DNA of 64,000 nucleotides from Nitrospirota bacterium (GTDB lineage: Bacteria; Nitrospirota; Thermodesulfovibrionia; Thermodesulfovibrionales; UBA9159), in contig CAVOUE010000005.1 in assembly GCA_963699545.1 (NCBI GenBank), positions 96,001 through 160,000 on the forward strand. Reading direction: 5' to 3'. The notes under the pieces are model-generated. The model saw nothing but the letters and a program-made list of their open reading frames with translations, did no database searches and was not told the origin of the DNA. Position numbers and translations under genes: made by a program. Below, in pieces: positions 59,666 through 64,000 of this stretch (position 1 is the first letter of the stretch; each line of letters begins with the position of its first letter).

Positions 59666-60513
59666 CGAACTTTTTCAGGATGAGATCGGTTATTGTCCCG
59701 AGCATGCCCACCACGATTATGCCGCTCAGGACCGTAGTCGTATCGAGAAGGATTCTCGAGTCCTGGATCATCCATCCCAGTCCGGCTCCGATATCCACGG
59801 AGGCCAGTTCGGCAGTGATCACCGTTATCCACCCGATTCCAAGCCCTATCCTCGCCCCTGTCAATATGTGGTGATAGGCTACCGGCAGGATTACCTCCAT
59901 AAGCACGTCAAACTTGTCTCCTCCAAAAGTCAAAACCGTTTCTACCTGAACCGGTTCGGCCTTGTTCACCCCATTCACCGTATTCATAAAGATGGGGAAA
60001 AAAACCCCGAGCCATATGATGAATATCGCAGAGGCATAACCGATACCGAACCACAATATCGCAAGAGAGAGCCACGCAGGCGCCGGAATCATACGGACCG
60101 CATTGATCAGGGACTCAATGGGTGAAAAACGTTTCGAAAAATAGCTCACTAAAATGCCGAGCGTGACTGCACTGAGAAGGGCCAGAACAAATGCATATGC
60201 CAGCCTGAAAAGCGTTGAACCTATCTGGGGCTGGAGGAACCCTATCGACCAGAGATATACGATATTCGAAAAAAACTTTGTGGGTGGCGGCAAAAGCACG
60301 GGACTCAGGAGCTTTAGTAACGACAACATTTCCCAGACAAAGAGGAGAACCGCTTGCCACGATGAAGCCCTTCAGCAAAGAGGAGGAGACCAACCCGGGA
60401 AAGAGGCGTCGTGCGACAGCAAGGACTACACATAAGAAGAGTAATATGAGGATGAAGAACGGTGAAGCGATGATATCTCCGCTTTCCATTTCTGGAAAAA
60501 TATTGCCATGCAT
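59640..60513 (-). CDS. NitT/TauT-family ABC permease (first; indel ~60354)
   Basis: The N-terminal TM in ORF 60115-60513 joins LPPP, IP.PAW, FFPIFMNT and TG.RIGLG.GW..VI.AE in ORF 59640-60329. Confidence 0.92.
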
Positions 60514-60560
60514 CAGGGTGCCCCTTTTATAAGGTATATATTTTATTAATTACGAATATC

Positions 60561-60593
60561 AAGGAAGGATCCCCAGCCCGGGGACCCCTCCCT
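60561..60593 (-). other. Intra-operon stem-loop after the solute-binding protein gene
   Basis: AGGGAGGGGUCCCC-GGGCU-GGGGAUCCUUCCUU; no long U tail. Confidence 0.7.
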
Positions 60594-60601
60594 GACACAT
60601 C

Positions 60602-61633
60602 CTACAGTCCCAGCTCCGGCAGAGATGAAAGCCCCATCTCTTTCAGCGCCAATTTCTGGAATCTGTCGTTCAGACCGTCTTTCTGGAACACTGCCTTCTC
60701 GATTATCCCGAGGGCCTTCGTCGCCTCGGCAAACTTCTGCGACCCTTCAGGGTCGAGGCTGAGGTTGAGCCTCTGCCGTTTTTCTCTGAAGACCGTTGCG
60801 ATCTCCTTTTCATCGATGCCGCACCATTTTGCATTCGCCCTGACGTTGTCATCAAAGTTCTTCGCGATATGCATGTAGCCCTTTATGTGGGCCTTCATGA
60901 CCTTCGTCGCAACCTCCACGTTCTTGTTCGCCCAGTCTGTGCCGAACGCCATCCGGCAGCATACGTGTCTCGGCCAAATATCCTTCGAAAAGATCGCCGG
61001 CCTGCCGTATTTTGTCGCCTCTGCATGGGTCGCCCAAGGCTCCCAGAGTATCGCGCAATCAAGGTCACCCTTTTCGAGCCCCGTGAGGATGTCCTGGTTG
61101 TGGGTGAAGTTTCTCACTGTGGCGTCCTTGAAGGGATCTATGCCTGCCTCCAACATCTTGTACCGCACAACGATATCAGCGGTCGCGGCCCTGATCGTGC
61201 CTATCTTTTTACCGCGCAGGTCCTTCACTGTCTTGATGTCCGAAGGCCGGTTCATCGGCACCACCACTGCCGAAGACTCCATGGCAGAACCCGAAACTAT
61301 GTTCATGGGCACGTCCCTGGTTACCATGCCTATGGACGGGCTTGAGCCCAGATATGCGACCTGAATCGCTCCGGTAATACAGGCAGAACCGATCTCCCCG
61401 GACCCCTGGAAGAGAACCGGCTTGACGTCGAGTCCTTCATCCTTGTAAAAGCCCTGTTCAAGGGCCACAAAGAGGGGGGCATGATGCGTCGCCTTCAGAT
61501 ATCCGATCTTGATCTCTTCCTTGGCCAGGGATTTCTTGACAAAAGGCCCAATAAATGACCCGCCCAGGACAAATGCCCCAGTGGCCACCATTGAGGCTTT
61601 CACAAAATCCCGTCTGTTCAGCTTTTTGTCCAT
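60602..61633 (-). CDS. NrtA/CmpA/SsuA-like ABC substrate-binding protein with Tat signal
   Basis: RRDFVK; IKIGYL...HAPL.VA.E.G, DL.GK.IG, WEPW, W..H.CC. Confidence 0.92.
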   Translation of the reverse strand: MDKKLNRRDFVKASMVATGAFVLGGSFIGPFVKKSLAKEEIKIGYLKATHHAPLFVALEQGFYKDEGLDVKPVLFQGSGEIGSACITGAIQVAYLGSSPSIGMVTRDVPMNIVSGSAMESSAVVVPMNRPSDIKTVKDLRGKKIGTIRAATADIVVRYKMLEAGIDPFKDATVRNFTHNQDILTGLEKGDLDCAILWEPWATHAEATKYGRPAIFSKDIWPRHVCCRMAFGTDWANKNVEVATKVMKAHIKGYMHIAKNFDDNVRANAKWCGIDEKEIATVFREKRQRLNLSLDPEGSQKFAEATKALGIIEKAVFQKDGLNDRFQKLALKEMGLSSLPELGL

Positions 61634-61656
61634 TCTTCCTCCTTCTTCCTTTTTGA

Positions 61657-61702
61657 GAGTAAGAGTTGGACGTCTTAATCCGTCCAATGCGCCTCTTTAC
61701 TC
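61657..61702 (-). other. Intra-operon stem-loop between the OsmC-like and SBP genes
   Basis: GAGUAAAGAG-GCGCA-UUGGACG-loop-CGUCCAA-CUCUUACUC. Confidence 0.65.
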
Positions 61703-61708
61703 ATACTC

Positions 61709-62248
61709 TTATGCGTTGTATACGAGCTCGGTCTTTACATTTACCGTTTTACAAATCGTCAATCCCACGGGCGAGAACTGTACGACACGGTCGAAGACCT
61801 TCTTGATCGCTTCCTTGCTCGCGTCGCTCTTGATGTGCACTTTGGCCTTCACGGTATGGTAGCCGGGAAGGTCCTTCAGCCCTTCAAGACCCGAGAGACG
61901 GAGAAAACCCGGCAGATCGATGTGGCCTTCCAGATCAATCTCGATGCTCTTTAATTGTATCCCCTCTAAGGCAGCATTGAGACTCAATCCAACTGTCAGG
62001 CAGGCCCCATAGCAAGCAAGAATTGTTTCATGGGGGCTTATCGCCGTATCAGTACCTGCTACAGCCTCAGGCTCATCAAAGTTCAGAGTGAAGTTCCTGA
62101 GCTTGGCCTCAGACTTCAGTCCGCCTTTCCATTTTGTTTTTGCGGTCCATATCGTCGCCCCTTTCTTGGGATCATCCTTAACGGCATTGACCGTAGCTTT
62201 GAACACCTCAAGATCGACATCATTAACCATTTTGGTTCCAACAGCCAT
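61709..62248 (-). CDS. OsmC-family protein
   Basis: DEP....G.D...SP.E..L....AC, L.G.IDL.GF, PGY..V, SPV..T; SD GAGGAGG. Confidence 0.9.
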   Translation of the reverse strand: MAVGTKMVNDVDLEVFKATVNAVKDDPKKGATIWTAKTKWKGGLKSEAKLRNFTLNFDEPEAVAGTDTAISPHETILACYGACLTVGLSLNAALEGIQLKSIEIDLEGHIDLPGFLRLSGLEGLKDLPGYHTVKAKVHIKSDASKEAIKKVFDRVVQFSPVGLTICKTVNVKTELVYNA

Positions 62249-62329
62249 GTTTGTTACCTCCTCTTTTTTTGTTTACCATTCGTAACCCCTGCCTTTCACT
62301 GCACTTGCGCCTCGTACCTCCACCTCCTT

Positions 62330-62878
62330 TCAGGGAAAGAAAACGTTTGGTTTCAGTGTCGGATTCACAACCGCTGCGATCCTTCCTATTGAACGAACGC
62401 TGTACTTCTTCCTTATCAGCTTCGACAACTCTTGCAGATCACCGTAATACATCGCCTCGGAGGGACAGTTCTGAACGCACGCAGGTATCCCGCCTTTGGA
62501 TGTCCTGTGAATGCAGAGGGTGCATTTCTGCATCTTCAGGTCCTCACCCATTTGAGGCGCTCCGAAGGGGCACGCCCTGAAGCATTCAACGCACCCAATA
62601 CATAAATCCTTGTTCACCAGCACAATGCCGTCTTCTTCTCTTTTTGATATAGCCTTCGTGGGGCAGACCCTCAGGCACGCAGGGGAACCGCAGTGCATGC
62701 ACGCCATGGGTTTCCAGTGAATCTTCCATTCACCCGCCACCTTGCTTTCGACCTCCATAACCTGTATCCACTTGGGGCCGGGAGGAACGCCGTTTTCGGC
62801 CTTGCACGCTGTTTCACACGCGTGGCAGCCCACGCACCGGAATGTGTCGACAAATATCGCCTTGTGGTGGTTATGCAT
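62330..62878 (-). CDS. DmsB/NrfC-like four-cluster Fe-S subunit
   Basis: CVGCHACETACK.EN, CMHC..PAC..VCP, CIGC..C..ACPFGA, KC.LC.....PACV..CP. Confidence 0.95.
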   Translation of the reverse strand: MHNHHKAIFVDTFRCVGCHACETACKAENGVPPGPKWIQVMEVESKVAGEWKIHWKPMACMHCGSPACLRVCPTKAISKREEDGIVLVNKDLCIGCVECFRACPFGAPQMGEDLKMQKCTLCIHRTSKGGIPACVQNCPSEAMYYGDLQELSKLIRKKYSVRSIGRIAAVVNPTLKPNVFFP

Positions 62879-64000
62879 GGACCCCCTCCTTTTTTATCTG
62901 CACCAGACAGTTGAAATAGGCAATGGTGTGCCCGTCCCGCTCAAAGTCATACTCCTCCATAATCCCGGCCCCCACGTCCCTGGGCCCTCCTATCAGTTGT
63001 TCAAGCAGGACATTGGCGCTCCCGTTGCTCTTTACCCATATACCGCTGTTCACCTCACATACGCCTGCCTTTATCCTGTTCGTCATCTTTGCGATCACCG
63101 ATATCTCTCCCCTGTCATTGAAAACCTTCACCCTGTCACCGTTCTCTATTCCGCGGTCCACCGCATCCTTTTCGTTGATGAAGATGCTGGGGGGACCTTC
63201 TATCTCCTGAATCTCTTCTATGTTGAACCACTGGCTGTGGGTCCTGTAGGGTGCATGCTGGGAGATGAGCATGAGAGGATATTTCTTGTAGAGGTCCGGA
63301 CGGCTGACGGGACTCTCTGCAGTCTCCTCAAAATGAGGTACAGGATGCCAGTCCCCGGCATATTTTTTCCCCTTTTCGACCATTCCCGTTGAATAGAGCT
63401 CCACCTTTCCGGTTGGGGTATCGAATACCCTGTCGCTCCAGGGGATGCGGGGAGCATACTTTTCCGGAACCCTTATGGGATCGTTGGAAGCAAGGGCATT
63501 CTTTATCGTGCTATGGCTGATATCGTCGGCAAGGAACTCCCTGATCCAGTCAAGCCCTGTATACTCCTTGGGGAAGAACTTTTCGTATCCCATTCTCCGC
63601 CCCAGTTCACACCAGAAGTCGATGTCTGGCTTCGACTCAAAGAGAGGTTCTATCACGGGCATCTGGAGTTGGAGATAGGGATGCCAGTAGGAAGGATGAA
63701 CTCCCCACTGCTCAAACGTATCGCTCGCGGGAAGGACCAGGTCCGCCCAGTCCGTGTCATCAGTCATGAAGAGTTCCATGCTTACGAAGAGCTCGAGTTT
63801 CTTGATGGCTTCCGTCATCCGGTGGACATTCGGATGCTGGCTGATGAGTCCTCCTCTCCAGGAGATGACCGCCTTGAGCGGAGGGTCCTTCGCTTCCCTC
63901 AGCGCAGGGCCGAAGGTGCTTATGTTGATGAGCCTTCTCCTCAGGGTTTTGTGCGGAGCGCCCCTCGGATACATCACCCTCTCGAAGTTAAGAATCCCCT
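62871..64000 (-). CDS. Molybdopterin (bis-PGD, DMSO reductase family) oxidoreductase catalytic subunit, 5' part outside the window
   Basis: FMT.....ADLVLPA...FE, PVIEPLFESK, F.TPTGKVELYS, YPL.L...H.....HS, IN..DA..RGI..GD.V.VFN.RG. Confidence 0.95.
   Translation of the reverse strand, partial: GILNFERVMYPRGAPHKTLRRRLINISTFGPALREAKDPPLKAVISWRGGLISQHPNVHRMTEAIKKLELFVSMELFMTDDTDWADLVLPASDTFEQWGVHPSYWHPYLQLQMPVIEPLFESKPDIDFWCELGRRMGYEKFFPKEYTGLDWIREFLADDISHSTIKNALASNDPIRVPEKYAPRIPWSDRVFDTPTGKVELYSTGMVEKGKKYAGDWHPVPHFEETAESPVSRPDLYKKYPLMLISQHAPYRTHSQWFNIEEIQEIEGPPSIFINEKDAVDRGIENGDRVKVFNDRGEISVIAKMTNRIKAGVCEVNSGIWVKSNGSANVLLEQLIGGPRDVGAGIMEEYDFERDGHTIAYFNCLVQIKKEGVHA

Noticed and set aside
1-64000. 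CRISPR array, rRNA, tRNA or intact IS/integrase
   Set aside because: No regularly spaced repeats, cloverleaf or transposase/integrase motifs seen by eye; GGTTCGAA near 40602 lacks tRNA stems.
51327-64000. Selenocysteine read-through in the redox cluster
   Set aside because: No in-frame TGA at a Cys-equivalent position in the visible genes; the Mo-ligand region lies outside the window and cannot be judged.

Overview
Gene-dense, moderately GC-rich bacterial chromosome segment. Gene content (V/A-type ATPase, LarB, Tat-type aldo/keto reductase, DsrE, multi-PAS hybrid kinases) suggests an anaerobic diderm, most like Nitrospirota (Thermodesulfovibrionia) or Desulfobacterota; this is inference only. 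About a dozen genes are broken by single-base indels that look like long-read assembly errors, so they are reported as reconstructed CDSs. Left to right: aldo/keto reductase and DUF6599-like gene, MBL hydrolase, lgt, smr; an orphan solute-binding protein heading a three-gene phosphorelay; a cell-envelope glycan operon (deacetylase, DUF4015 hydrolase, serine hydrolase-NamZ fusion, UDG); housekeeping genes (dusB, maf, gpsA, larB); a P2A-type ATPase plus HD protein under a clear yybP-ykoY (Mn2+) riboswitch, with palindromic/repeat in-frame insertions in the ATPase; an AT-rich islet with an outer-membrane barrel and an MFS remnant; a V/A-ATPase split over three transcription units (glgC-H-I-K-E-C-F-A, B-ybgC, uvrD-D-HEAT); a divergent PGK. 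From 51.3 kb to the window end lies the best candidate for an undescribed system: a 16-gene minus-strand cluster with a molybdopterin oxidoreductase and Fe-S subunit, an OsmC-like protein, a NitT/TauT ABC transporter with three permeases, two exported unknowns, a QueG/RdhA-like Fe-S protein, cytochrome c, a ferredoxin/flavoprotein pair, HupE/UreJ and DsrE. No rRNA, tRNA, CRISPR array or intact mobile element was recognised. All family calls come from motif recognition by eye, not database searches.
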